Shown: one piece after another, positions 37,349 to 45,583 of the stretch | How positions within the stretch are numbered: the stretch's first letter is position 1 | How the letters are laid out: each line of letters starts with the position of its first letter | Assembly (NCBI GenBank): GCA_963775425.1 | Contig: CAVZJB010000011.1 | Location: 64,001-128,000 of the forward strand | Direction of reading: 5' to 3' | Source: an uncultured delta proteobacterium | GTDB taxonomy: Bacteria > Myxococcota > UBA727 > VGSZ01 | Length of the DNA stretch: 64,000 bases | The notes under the pieces: generated by a model | What the model was told of the DNA's origin: nothing | What the model saw: only the letters and a program-made list of their open reading frames with translations | The model's database searches: none | Made by a program: the position numbers and the translations under genes

Positions 37349-38704
37349 ATGCACGAGATCGTCGTCATCGACGACGACCCCGAGAGGGCGCGCCTCCACG
37401 TCGCGATGTTGCGCGATGAGAGGTTGCTCGCGCACGCAAGCTCATCCGCGGACGACGTGATCGAGCGCTGTTCGCACGCGCTCGTCGTCGTCACCGCTCT
37501 GCAGCTCAACGGAATGACGGGGTACCGACTGCTCGAGCGTTTGCGCGAAAGGAGCCCAGGCATCCCCGTCGTCGTGCTCGCAGACGGCGCGGACGGCGAC
37601 GGCGCCGCCCTGCGAGCGGGCGCGTACGACTTCGTGGCGATGCCGGTCGACCCGCTGGTGTTGGGCCTTCGCGTCCGTAGAGCCGCGGAATTTGCCGCGA
37701 CGTCTCGTGAATACAAAGATCCGCGCACGGTCGACCGCGGACAAGGCGGACGATCTCTCGGATCGAGCGAAGCGATGAAGCGCCTCCGGGAGCTCGTTGC
37801 ACGCGTCGCGTCCAGCGACGTCACCGTCCTGGTGCACGGGGAGACCGGCACCGGGAAGGAGCTCGTCGCTCGGACGATCCACGAGGAGAGTGCCAGGAGC
37901 GGACACCGATTCCTCGGAATCAACTGCGCAGCGGTCCCCGCGGCGCTGCTCGAGGCGGAATTCTTCGGCCACGCGCGAGGCGCCTATACCGATGCCAAGA
38001 CGAGCCACGAGGGGTTCTTCGTTCAGGCGAGCGGTGGGACGCTCTTTCTCGACGAGATCGGCGACATGCCGCTCGAGATGCAGGCGAAGTTGCTTCGTGC
38101 GTTGCAGGAGCACCGCGTGCGGCCGATCGGCGGAAACACAGACGTCCCGTTTGATACACGGGTGATTTCCGCGACGCACCAGAACCTGGAGGAGCTCGTC
38201 GAGGCGGGGCGATTCCGAGAGGACCTCTATTATCGCATCAATGTGGTTGCGCTCGAGCTGCCACCCTTGCGCGCGCGCGGAAATGACGTGATCGATCTCG
38301 CGACCGAAATCCTCGCGCATGCGGCTTTGCGCAACGGCCGGACCCCCATGCGTCTCACCCCGGAGGTCGTGGAGCGGCTGCTCAACTACAACTGGGTCGG
38401 CAATGTGCGCGAGCTCGAGAACTGCATGGAGCGCGCGGTCGCGCTGGCGCGCGGCGACGAGGTCACGATCGAGGATCTCCCGGCGCGTATTCGAAATCAC
38501 AAATCGCTGCTCGAACGCACGGAGGATGGGGGCCGTCGTCGGATCGTGACGCTGGAGACCTTCCAGGAGCGTTACATCCGCGATGTCATCGAGCAGCTCG
38601 ACGGCAACAAGTCCGCCGCCGCGGATGCGCTCGGCCTTGATCGGCGGACCTTGTACCGTCGACTGGAGCGATACGACGCGGCGCCCCGCAGAGAGCGTCC
38701 CTGA
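37349..38704 (+). CDS. Sigma54-dependent enhancer-binding protein (AtoC/NtrC-like) with a degenerate receiver
   Basis: GETGTGKE, INCAA, GAYTDA, FLDEIGDM, FREDLYYR, GNVRELEN and a Fis HTH. Confidence 0.92.
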   Translation: MHEIVVIDDDPERARLHVAMLRDERLLAHASSSADDVIERCSHALVVVTALQLNGMTGYRLLERLRERSPGIPVVVLADGADGDGAALRAGAYDFVAMPVDPLVLGLRVRRAAEFAATSREYKDPRTVDRGQGGRSLGSSEAMKRLRELVARVASSDVTVLVHGETGTGKELVARTIHEESARSGHRFLGINCAAVPAALLEAEFFGHARGAYTDAKTSHEGFFVQASGGTLFLDEIGDMPLEMQAKLLRALQEHRVRPIGGNTDVPFDTRVISATHQNLEELVEAGRFREDLYYRINVVALELPPLRARGNDVIDLATEILAHAALRNGRTPMRLTPEVVERLLNYNWVGNVRELENCMERAVALARGDEVTIEDLPARIRNHKSLLERTEDGGRRRIVTLETFQERYIRDVIEQLDGNKSAAADALGLDRRTLYRRLERYDAAPRRERP

Positions 38705-38748
38705 AAAGACGCGGCACCGCGGTCGTTCGGCCGACCGCGGTGCCGTGT
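38705..38748 (-). terminator. Intrinsic (probably bidirectional) terminator between convergent genes
   Basis: Stem GGCACCGCGGTCG/CGACCGCGGTGCC, followed by TTTT on the minus strand. Confidence 0.7.
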
Positions 38749-38762
38749 TGATCCACCCTCGC

Positions 38763-41183
38763 CTACTGGATCTGCTTGATGACGAGCGTCGCGGACACGG
38801 GGTGGGTTCCCCCGGCGAGCGGCGTGATCGTCAACGCGGGCGTGTTCCCGCTCGGGTTTCGCACGGTCACCACCGAGTTCACCACCGTCGTCGTGACGAG
38901 CACGGTGTTCGAGATCTGCGACGTGCCGGTCGCACGCCCTGCCACGGTTTCGGCGAGCTCGACGACGCCGGAGCCGTCGTCGAGACCGAGCATGAGCTGG
39001 CCGGCCTCGGTGACGCTGACCTGCCACGAGATTTCGTAGGTGCCGATCGCCGGCAAGACGAAGTCCGTGGCGCTCGCGCGGAACACACCGCTCGCCGGAC
39101 CATCCTGCGGGAACGCCACGGGAGCGGCAGCGGCGACGGTCGCGGCGTTGTCGCCCGGCATCAGGGCATAGAAGAAGCCGAACGCGATGAGCCCCCCCGC
39201 GGGTCCCTGCTCGCCCTGGAGACCTTGATCGCCCGTAGGCCCCGCAGGCCCCGCAGGCCCCGCAGGCCCCGCCGGTCCCGCCGGGCCGGTGTCGCCGGCG
39301 ACGCCCGGGGCTCCGTTGCAGACGTAATCGACGCCGGACGCCGAGGTGTACGCGACGCCGCCGTCGAGGCAGTTCGGCCCTGGCGCCTCCGAGGTCGCAA
39401 ACACGGACTCCCCCGCCGGCCCCTGCTCTCCGGTCGCGCCCGTCGGTCCCTGCGGACCGACGTCGCCGGTCGCGCCCGCGGCGCCGTTGCAGACGTAGTC
39501 GACGCCTGACGCGGACGTGTAGGCCACGCCCCCGTCCACGCAGTTCGGTCCGGGCGCTTCCGACGCGCCGACGACGGACTCTCCGTCGGCGCCTGCCGGG
39601 CCCGTGGGGCCTTCGGCGCCGGTCGCTCCCTGCGGGCCGGCCGCTCCCTGCGGGCCGGTCGCTCCTGTCGCTCCGGTGGCCCCGGTCGCGCCGGTCTCGC
39701 CTTGCGGCCCGGCCGGGCCCGTCGGCCCCGCGGGCCCCGCCGGACCGGTGTCACCCGGAGAGCCCTGGGGGCCCGTCGCGCCCGTCGGCCCCGCCGGACC
39801 GGTGTCGCCTTGCGGCCCGGCCGCGCCCGTCGGCCCCGTCGGCCCCGCCGGCCCCGCCGGCCCCGCCGGCCCCGCGTCACCCGGTGAGCCCTGGGGCCCC
39901 GTCGCGCCCGTCGGCCCCGCCGGCCCCGCCGGACCCGCCGGACCCTGCGCTCCGGTCGCACCCGTCGGTCCTTCCGGACCGACGTCGCCGGTCGCGCCCG
40001 CGGCGCCGTTGCAGACGTAGCTCACGCCGGACGCAGACGTGCACGCGACGCCGCCGTCGACGCAATTGTCGCCGGGCGCTTCAGAGACACAGACCACCGA
40101 CTCCCCGTTCGCGCCCGTGCTCCCCGCCGGGCCGGTGGGCCCGGTCGCGCCTGCTGGGCCCTGCGGGCCCGCTTCGCCGGGGGGGCCCGCCGGCCCGGGC
40201 GCACCGGTCTCGCCGGTCAAGCCCTGCGGACCCGCTTCGCCGGGGGGCCCCGCCGGCCCGGGCGCACCGGTCTCGCCGGTCAAGCCCTGCGGACCCGTGT
40301 CCCCCGTCGGCCCGGCAGGTCCCACAGGCCCCTGCGCGCCGGTCTCTCCCGTGAGGCCCTGCGGTCCTTGCGGGCCCGTCGCGCCCACCGCGCCGGCCGG
40401 CCCGGCTTCGCCGGTCGCGCCCGTCGGCCCCGCGGGGCCCGCGACGCCTTGGGGACCTTGCGCGCCGACCTGTCCGCTCGGGCCGGTGGGCCCGGCCAGG
40501 CCTTGCGGGCCCTGCGGTCCCTGCGGTCCCTGCGGGCCCTGCGGGCCTTCGGAGCCTGAGGGACCTTCGGTGCCGTTGCAGACGTAGTTCACCCCGGATG
40601 ACGACGTGTATTTGACGCCGCCTGCGGCGCAGTTGTCCCCGGGCGCCTCGGAGCAGCCCTCGACGGATTCGCCGGGGGCGCCGTCTTGTCCTGGGGGGCC
40701 CTCGGGGCCTGCGCCGCCGGCGCAACACGCCGCCTCTCCGCACGACGACGGGACACAGACAGCGCGGGCCCGGCACTGGGTCTCACCGCTCTCCCACGAA
40801 GCACCAAAGACGTTGTCGATGAAGTCGTCGGACGCGCCGTCCTGTTGCGCGAGCCACTGGCATTCCTCAAAGGACTGCACCGTGACGGCGAACGTCTCCT
40901 TGTGAGACTCGCCGACCTGCAGCGTGTAGGGCGGCTCCAGCGAAGGGGTCCAATTGAACTGCGCGTCGAGCAGCGGGTCCTCGACGCTCTGGACAACGGA
41001 GGCGCCGCTCGGGAGCGTGTTCCTGACCGTCATCTCCCACGTGAGCACCGCGGGGTACTCGTGCACCTCGTAGATGGCCTGGCCGTTTACGGTCTTGTCG
41101 CACTCCAACTGGTGTGCCGCCGCCGCCGTGCTCCAAGAGGCGATCAATGCCGCCAAACAGACTGCTGAATTCCCGAAACGCAT
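38763..41183 (-). CDS. Collagen-like (Gly-X-Y) secreted protein with Cys-knot spacers and a BclA-like C-terminal domain
   Basis: Signal peptide, long GXY tracts, four 'EAPG.NC..GGV..TS.SGV.YVCNG' modules, and C-terminal '[17 protein letters not shown]...SATLVIKQI'. Confidence 0.85.
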   Translation of the reverse strand: MRFGNSAVCLAALIASWSTAAAAHQLECDKTVNGQAIYEVHEYPAVLTWEMTVRNTLPSGASVVQSVEDPLLDAQFNWTPSLEPPYTLQVGESHKETFAVTVQSFEECQWLAQQDGASDDFIDNVFGASWESGETQCRARAVCVPSSCGEAACCAGGAGPEGPPGQDGAPGESVEGCSEAPGDNCAAGGVKYTSSSGVNYVCNGTEGPSGSEGPQGPQGPQGPQGPQGLAGPTGPSGQVGAQGPQGVAGPAGPTGATGEAGPAGAVGATGPQGPQGLTGETGAQGPVGPAGPTGDTGPQGLTGETGAPGPAGPPGEAGPQGLTGETGAPGPAGPPGEAGPQGPAGATGPTGPAGSTGANGESVVCVSEAPGDNCVDGGVACTSASGVSYVCNGAAGATGDVGPEGPTGATGAQGPAGPAGPAGPTGATGPQGSPGDAGPAGPAGPAGPTGPTGAAGPQGDTGPAGPTGATGPQGSPGDTGPAGPAGPTGPAGPQGETGATGATGATGATGPQGAAGPQGATGAEGPTGPAGADGESVVGASEAPGPNCVDGGVAYTSASGVDYVCNGAAGATGDVGPQGPTGATGEQGPAGESVFATSEAPGPNCLDGGVAYTSASGVDYVCNGAPGVAGDTGPAGPAGPAGPAGPAGPTGDQGLQGEQGPAGGLIAFGFFYALMPGDNAATVAAAAPVAFPQDGPASGVFRASATDFVLPAIGTYEISWQVSVTEAGQLMLGLDDGSGVVELAETVAGRATGTSQISNTVLVTTTVVNSVVTVRNPSGNTPALTITPLAGGTHPVSATLVIKQIQ

Positions 41184-41251
41184 GAAGAGGTCCCCTTGCC
41201 TGGATGTAGTCCAGAGCGATTTGAGAGATGAATTGGAGGTGCGCGCGACGT

Positions 41252-41839
41252 CTAGTAGGTGACGCTGATGCTCGGGAGCAGGACGCTCCGATTCCCACCA
41301 TCGACAATGGAGGCATTGAGGTCGAGCTCGAGCACGACCTGGCCGCTGGCGCGCGCTGCGTCCATGTCCACGGCGACCGAGATCGGCGGCCCACGACAGT
41401 CGAGCGCCTCCGTGTCTCCATCGCGCACGACGCTACCCACGGGCTCGAATTGGAGCGTGACGGTGGCCTCGGTCGGGGCGGTCGGGACGTCGAACGTGAC
41501 CAGCTCCCAAGGCGTCGGCGACCCGAGATCGATCTCGGCTCCGTCGAGGGTCCCCACGAGCGTTTCACCTGCGGCGGTGAGGTCGAGGGTGGCGACGCGA
41601 ACGAGGACATTGCCCGGCGATTGGACGCCGCTCAGTTGCACGGCCACGCTCTGCGCCTCGAGCTCACCGTCCGGCTCCTGGAGCTGGCCGACCGGTCCCC
41701 GAGGCGTCTCGCGAGGATGCTGTTGTTGCGGTGCGGGGTCCGGCGGGGGCACTTCCGCGACTCCCTCGCTCACACTATTCGGTGCCGAACCGCAAGCGGC
41801 GAGCACGAGGACGAACACGAGGACTACGTTTGCTTTCAT
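41252..41839 (-). CDS. Hypothetical lipoprotein
   Basis: Lipobox LAAC. RBS AAGGAG. Confidence 0.75.
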   Translation of the reverse strand: MKANVVLVFVLVLAACGSAPNSVSEGVAEVPPPDPAPQQQHPRETPRGPVGQLQEPDGELEAQSVAVQLSGVQSPGNVLVRVATLDLTAAGETLVGTLDGAEIDLGSPTPWELVTFDVPTAPTEATVTLQFEPVGSVVRDGDTEALDCRGPPISVAVDMDAARASGQVVLELDLNASIVDGGNRSVLLPSISVTY

Positions 41840-41887
41840 CACACTCCTTCGCAGCCGAGCATCTGCGGATGCAGATGGGCGCGACGA

Positions 41888-41903
41888 AGCAGGAAGCAAG
41901 CCA
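41888..41903 (-). promoter_or_regulatory. Candidate sigma54 promoter for the lipoprotein-collagen operon
   Basis: Minus strand TGGCTTGCTTCCTGCT (GG-N10-GC), about 50 nt upstream of the start. Confidence 0.5.
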
Positions 41904-42055
41904 TGACAGCCGCGTGAAGCATTCCCGGAAATCGAAGCTCACCGCTCGCAAGATGAGCACACCTGAGGCGTTGTCGCCGCCACAACGGACGGCGCACCTG
42001 TTGGTCGTTCGCTCGGCGCGACGGGGAGCGACCCGCCGCGCCGCGCGCGCCGTCG

Positions 42056-42889
42056 TCACGAGAGGGTGAGCGGCCCCACCGAGCTCGTCAGGCCGGCGAA
42101 GCCGCCGGTGCGCTCGAGATAGAACTCGTTCACCTTGTTCGGGTCGAGCGTCTTCGCGGTCGGCGACAGCGCGCCCACCGGGACGAGCGCGGCGTACGCG
42201 TAGCCGTCGGGGTGACGCTCGCGCATGAGCTCGACGCGCACGAAGCGCTCGCCGAGGTGGCCCTGCATGACGGAGCCGGGCTTCCACGCGAGGGTGCCGG
42301 CGACGTTGGCCGTGCTGAACGCCTGGTGGAGCCTGTCGGTGCGCTCGGGCGTGAGGTCCGTCCGCGGGGCCGGCGCGTCGGCGAGCGCGATGGGGCCGTA
42401 CCAGTGCGTGCTCGCCGGCCCGGGCGCCATGAGGCCGCCGGCGACGCACAGGTAGAATTCGTTCTTCTTGGGATCGAGGAACGCCGTGCGCGACGGGAAG
42501 TCCGCGACGTTCTTCGGGTACGGCAGGCGCACCATGTGGAGCTTCTTGGTGTCCGGCGCCGTCGACAGCGCGCTGCCGTAGCCGTTTTCGAGGCTCGCCT
42601 CGATGCGTTCGACGTACTTCTGCAGGTTCTTTCCGGCGGGGATGTCGTGCCGCGAGAAGAACGTCTCGAGCACGTTCTTGGCGCCGGTCTCGATGATGAC
42701 GTCGCTCGGCAACGGCACGCCGGAGCCACGCACGGGCTGCCGCTCGAACAGCTCGCGCACCGCGCGCGCCTCGCCGACGGTGACGGGACCGCGCTCGGCG
42801 TCGGTGACGATGGACGTCGCCTCCGCGGCGGTGATCACGTGGTCGCGGGCGGCGGTGCGGATCTGGGCGCTGACGGTGCGGATGCTCAT
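42056..42889 (-). CDS. Hypothetical protein
   Basis: Coherent ORF from MSIRTVS with RBS GGAG. Internal echo 'DPKKNEFYL...GG...GPI' / 'DPNKVNEFYL..TGG...GPL'. Confidence 0.7.
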   Translation of the reverse strand: MSIRTVSAQIRTAARDHVITAAEATSIVTDAERGPVTVGEARAVRELFERQPVRGSGVPLPSDVIIETGAKNVLETFFSRHDIPAGKNLQKYVERIEASLENGYGSALSTAPDTKKLHMVRLPYPKNVADFPSRTAFLDPKKNEFYLCVAGGLMAPGPASTHWYGPIALADAPAPRTDLTPERTDRLHQAFSTANVAGTLAWKPGSVMQGHLGERFVRVELMRERHPDGYAYAALVPVGALSPTAKTLDPNKVNEFYLERTGGFAGLTSSVGPLTLS

Positions 42890-43001
42890 GGTGCTCCCCG
42901 GTTTGTTTGTCCGTAGATGTGTGTCGGTCGCCCACATCCCCGGTTGCTCGCCGCCCGTGTGATCGAGCGCACACGTCCGGCTCAACCGGATCGGCCCCTC
43001 C

Positions 43002-45470
43002 TCAAGGTGCGGCGCAAACGCCGCCGGGGCGACACATCGTGGTGGCGGCGGCGGCGAAGACGCGCGGCTCTTCGAGGCCCTCGCCCTCGAAGAGCGCTTC
43101 GTAGCTCGCCGGCCCGTCGCCGCCGAGCGCGAAGCTCTCGAGGCGCGCGTGGCGGACGCGCGCGGCGGCGGCGGCGGGGACGGGGTGGAGCTCGGTGACG
43201 TCGAACGCGAGCACGTCGACCGGGAGCCACACGTTCCACGAGGCGCCCGCGCCGTCGTCGAGGCGCACGCGCCGGACGTCGACGCCGACGTCGGCGGGCC
43301 CGAGCGCGACGTGGCCGTCGTCGGGCGTGAAGGCGCCCGCGGGCGGCTCGAGGAACGCGCCGGCCGGAAAGCCCGCGCCGTCGACGCTGCCCTTGCTGAC
43401 GCGCACCAGCGCGGACCCGTCGCCGCCATCGAGGAAGTCCTGCCGCGCGAACGCAACAGTGACGAGGGGCAGGCCCTCGAGCCCGTCGTGCTCCGGCGCG
43501 GCCGAGACGGCGACGTGGCCCTGCTGCGGGCCGTTCGCGCGGTCCGCGCTGTCGACGAGGCCGTCGGTCTGGTTCTGGCCGTCCAGATCGTCGGGGTCGT
43601 CGAGGCCCGCGGAGAAGCCGAGCGGGACGACGCCGACGCCGGGGATCAACGCGCCCACCATGACGACGACGCCCGCGTAAAACGGTGAGCCGCTCACGGG
43701 GCTCACGCACGCGCCGTCGTCGTCGACGCCGGCGGCGCACGGCAGGCGGGGAACGACGACGTCGGTGTCGGCGAACGCGAGCGTGTCGGGGTGCGCCTCG
43801 ACGTTCTGGAAGCCCCAGGTCGGGGTGTCGACCGGGAGGCGGTGGCCGTCGGCGGTGACGCAGGCGCCGGTGGCGGCGTCGCAGGAGTCGGCGTCGGCGC
43901 AGGTGAAGCCGCCGTTGTCACAGCGCGGCCGCGTGGTGTCAGCGAGCGTGAGCCCCGCGGTAAAGGAGTGGTCGAAGCGCGACAGGAGCGGGAACAAGCC
44001 GCTGACGACGGTGCCGGCGTGGACGTCGCCGCCGGCGATCTCGCTGACGAGGGGGCCCACCGCGGGCAGCGGCACCTGGCCGCCGATGGACCACAGGACG
44101 TTCGTCCCTGCGGCGCCGAAGGCGACGAAGTCGCCCTTGGTGGGCGTGGAGCCGAGCTCGACCACGACGCCTGACGGGATGCTCAGCAGCTCGCCGCCGG
44201 GGTCGGTGATGCCCTCGAGGTCGACGAGGAGCTCGGCGCTCTCGCCGAGGACGCCGACGAGGTCGACGTCGGCGAGCGGGCCCTTCATGGCGGTGCCCGC
44301 GAGCCCGACCTTGATGTCGCCGGTGGTGTGCACGGCGTCGAAATTGATGGTGCCGCTGACGCCGGCGACGACGCTCGGGTCGGGCAGGCGCCTGGTGGCG
44401 ATGACGACGTCGGCGGGCGGGTCGACGATGGTGTGCCACTCGTGGTCGTCGGGGAAGGCGGACAGCGCGGTGACGTCGCCGTCGAACTCGGCGGCGCCGT
44501 CGGCGTCGGTGACGCCGGCGACGGGGATGCCGCCGACCGTGGCGGCCACGGGGACGGCGACGAGCGGCGCGCCGCTCTTGGCGTCGAAGACCACGATGCG
44601 GTGGCCGAGGACAGGCGACGCGTAGACGTCGATGACGCCGGTGCACGAGGCGCCGCCGTTTTGCGTCGTGGCGGTCAGCGTGAACGGGCAGACGCCGCTG
44701 TCGCACGCGGCGTGGAAGACGCCGCCGGCGTCGACGCCGGCGCCGGCCCAGGTGAACGTCGAGTGCGCGACGAGCTTGCCGTTTACGTCGGTGCCGACGG
44801 CCTCGAGCTGCAGGTCGTGTCCCGACAACACCGCGGCGGGATCGCAATCGTCGTCGTCGCCGCTCGTGAGGATGCGGCCGTCGGCGGCCACGAAGCAGGC
44901 GCTCGCGTCCGACGCCTGGCCGACGCACGACGACACGCCGTCCGTGAGCTCGCAGAGGCCGTCGTCCTCGCAGCAAGGGGCGCTCGTGCCGTCGCGTTGG
45001 GGGCACTGCCCGCCCCCGTCCGCCGATGGGTCGCAGAGCTGAGACGGGCGGCAGATGCCGCGGCGGACGTCGCAGCCCTCGTCCACCGGGCAGTCGATGT
45101 CGCGCGTGCAGAGGTCGACGAGGAAGCAGCAGCCGAGCGGATCGTCCGCGGATCGAATTCCGTCTCCGGGAGCGGTGCCGTCGGCGTTGTCGAATTCCTT
45201 GTCGCAGAAGAATCCACGCGGGCACGGGTCTGCGTCGCTGCACACGGCGCGGCCCGGCAGGCACTGCTGCGTCGCCGTCGGCGGCGTCTCCGCGGGCGCC
45301 ACGCACGCGCCCCACGCGAGGAGTGGCCCGAGCGCAAAGCCGACGCAGCGGCGCCGCCGCCCGTGCGCCCCGCGAGGGGAGCGGTCAACGACGACCGGGG
45401 CGTGGCGACGGGGCATCACGGCGATTGTGGACGCGGCGAGGAGGGCGACGCAATCGAGTGCGCGATTCAT
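43002..45470 (-). CDS. Large Cys-rich lipoprotein with a carboxypeptidase-regulatory-like domain
   Basis: Lipobox-like AWGAC, Cys-rich EGF/Dickkopf-like repeats and 'VVFDAKSGAPL...V....GVTDADG'. The true start is probably downstream of 45470. Confidence 0.75.
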   Translation of the reverse strand: MNRALDCVALLAASTIAVMPRRHAPVVVDRSPRGAHGRRRRCVGFALGPLLAWGACVAPAETPPTATQQCLPGRAVCSDADPCPRGFFCDKEFDNADGTAPGDGIRSADDPLGCCFLVDLCTRDIDCPVDEGCDVRRGICRPSQLCDPSADGGGQCPQRDGTSAPCCEDDGLCELTDGVSSCVGQASDASACFVAADGRILTSGDDDDCDPAAVLSGHDLQLEAVGTDVNGKLVAHSTFTWAGAGVDAGGVFHAACDSGVCPFTLTATTQNGGASCTGVIDVYASPVLGHRIVVFDAKSGAPLVAVPVAATVGGIPVAGVTDADGAAEFDGDVTALSAFPDDHEWHTIVDPPADVVIATRRLPDPSVVAGVSGTINFDAVHTTGDIKVGLAGTAMKGPLADVDLVGVLGESAELLVDLEGITDPGGELLSIPSGVVVELGSTPTKGDFVAFGAAGTNVLWSIGGQVPLPAVGPLVSEIAGGDVHAGTVVSGLFPLLSRFDHSFTAGLTLADTTRPRCDNGGFTCADADSCDAATGACVTADGHRLPVDTPTWGFQNVEAHPDTLAFADTDVVVPRLPCAAGVDDDGACVSPVSGSPFYAGVVVMVGALIPGVGVVPLGFSAGLDDPDDLDGQNQTDGLVDSADRANGPQQGHVAVSAAPEHDGLEGLPLVTVAFARQDFLDGGDGSALVRVSKGSVDGAGFPAGAFLEPPAGAFTPDDGHVALGPADVGVDVRRVRLDDGAGASWNVWLPVDVLAFDVTELHPVPAAAAARVRHARLESFALGGDGPASYEALFEGEGLEEPRVFAAAATTMCRPGGVCAAP

Positions 45471-45583
45471 TCGGCGAGCTCGCGCGGAGGCGAGCCGCGT
45501 CCCCGGTGCAAGGTCCGGTGATCTTTTACCGGACGCGTCCCGGCACGGACGGGCTAAGGTGCTGCCCCTCGACGGAGATCGAT

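Noticed and set aside
39200-40560. Dense 9-nt-period GC repeats
   Set aside because: Explained by the collagen Gly-X-Y codons.
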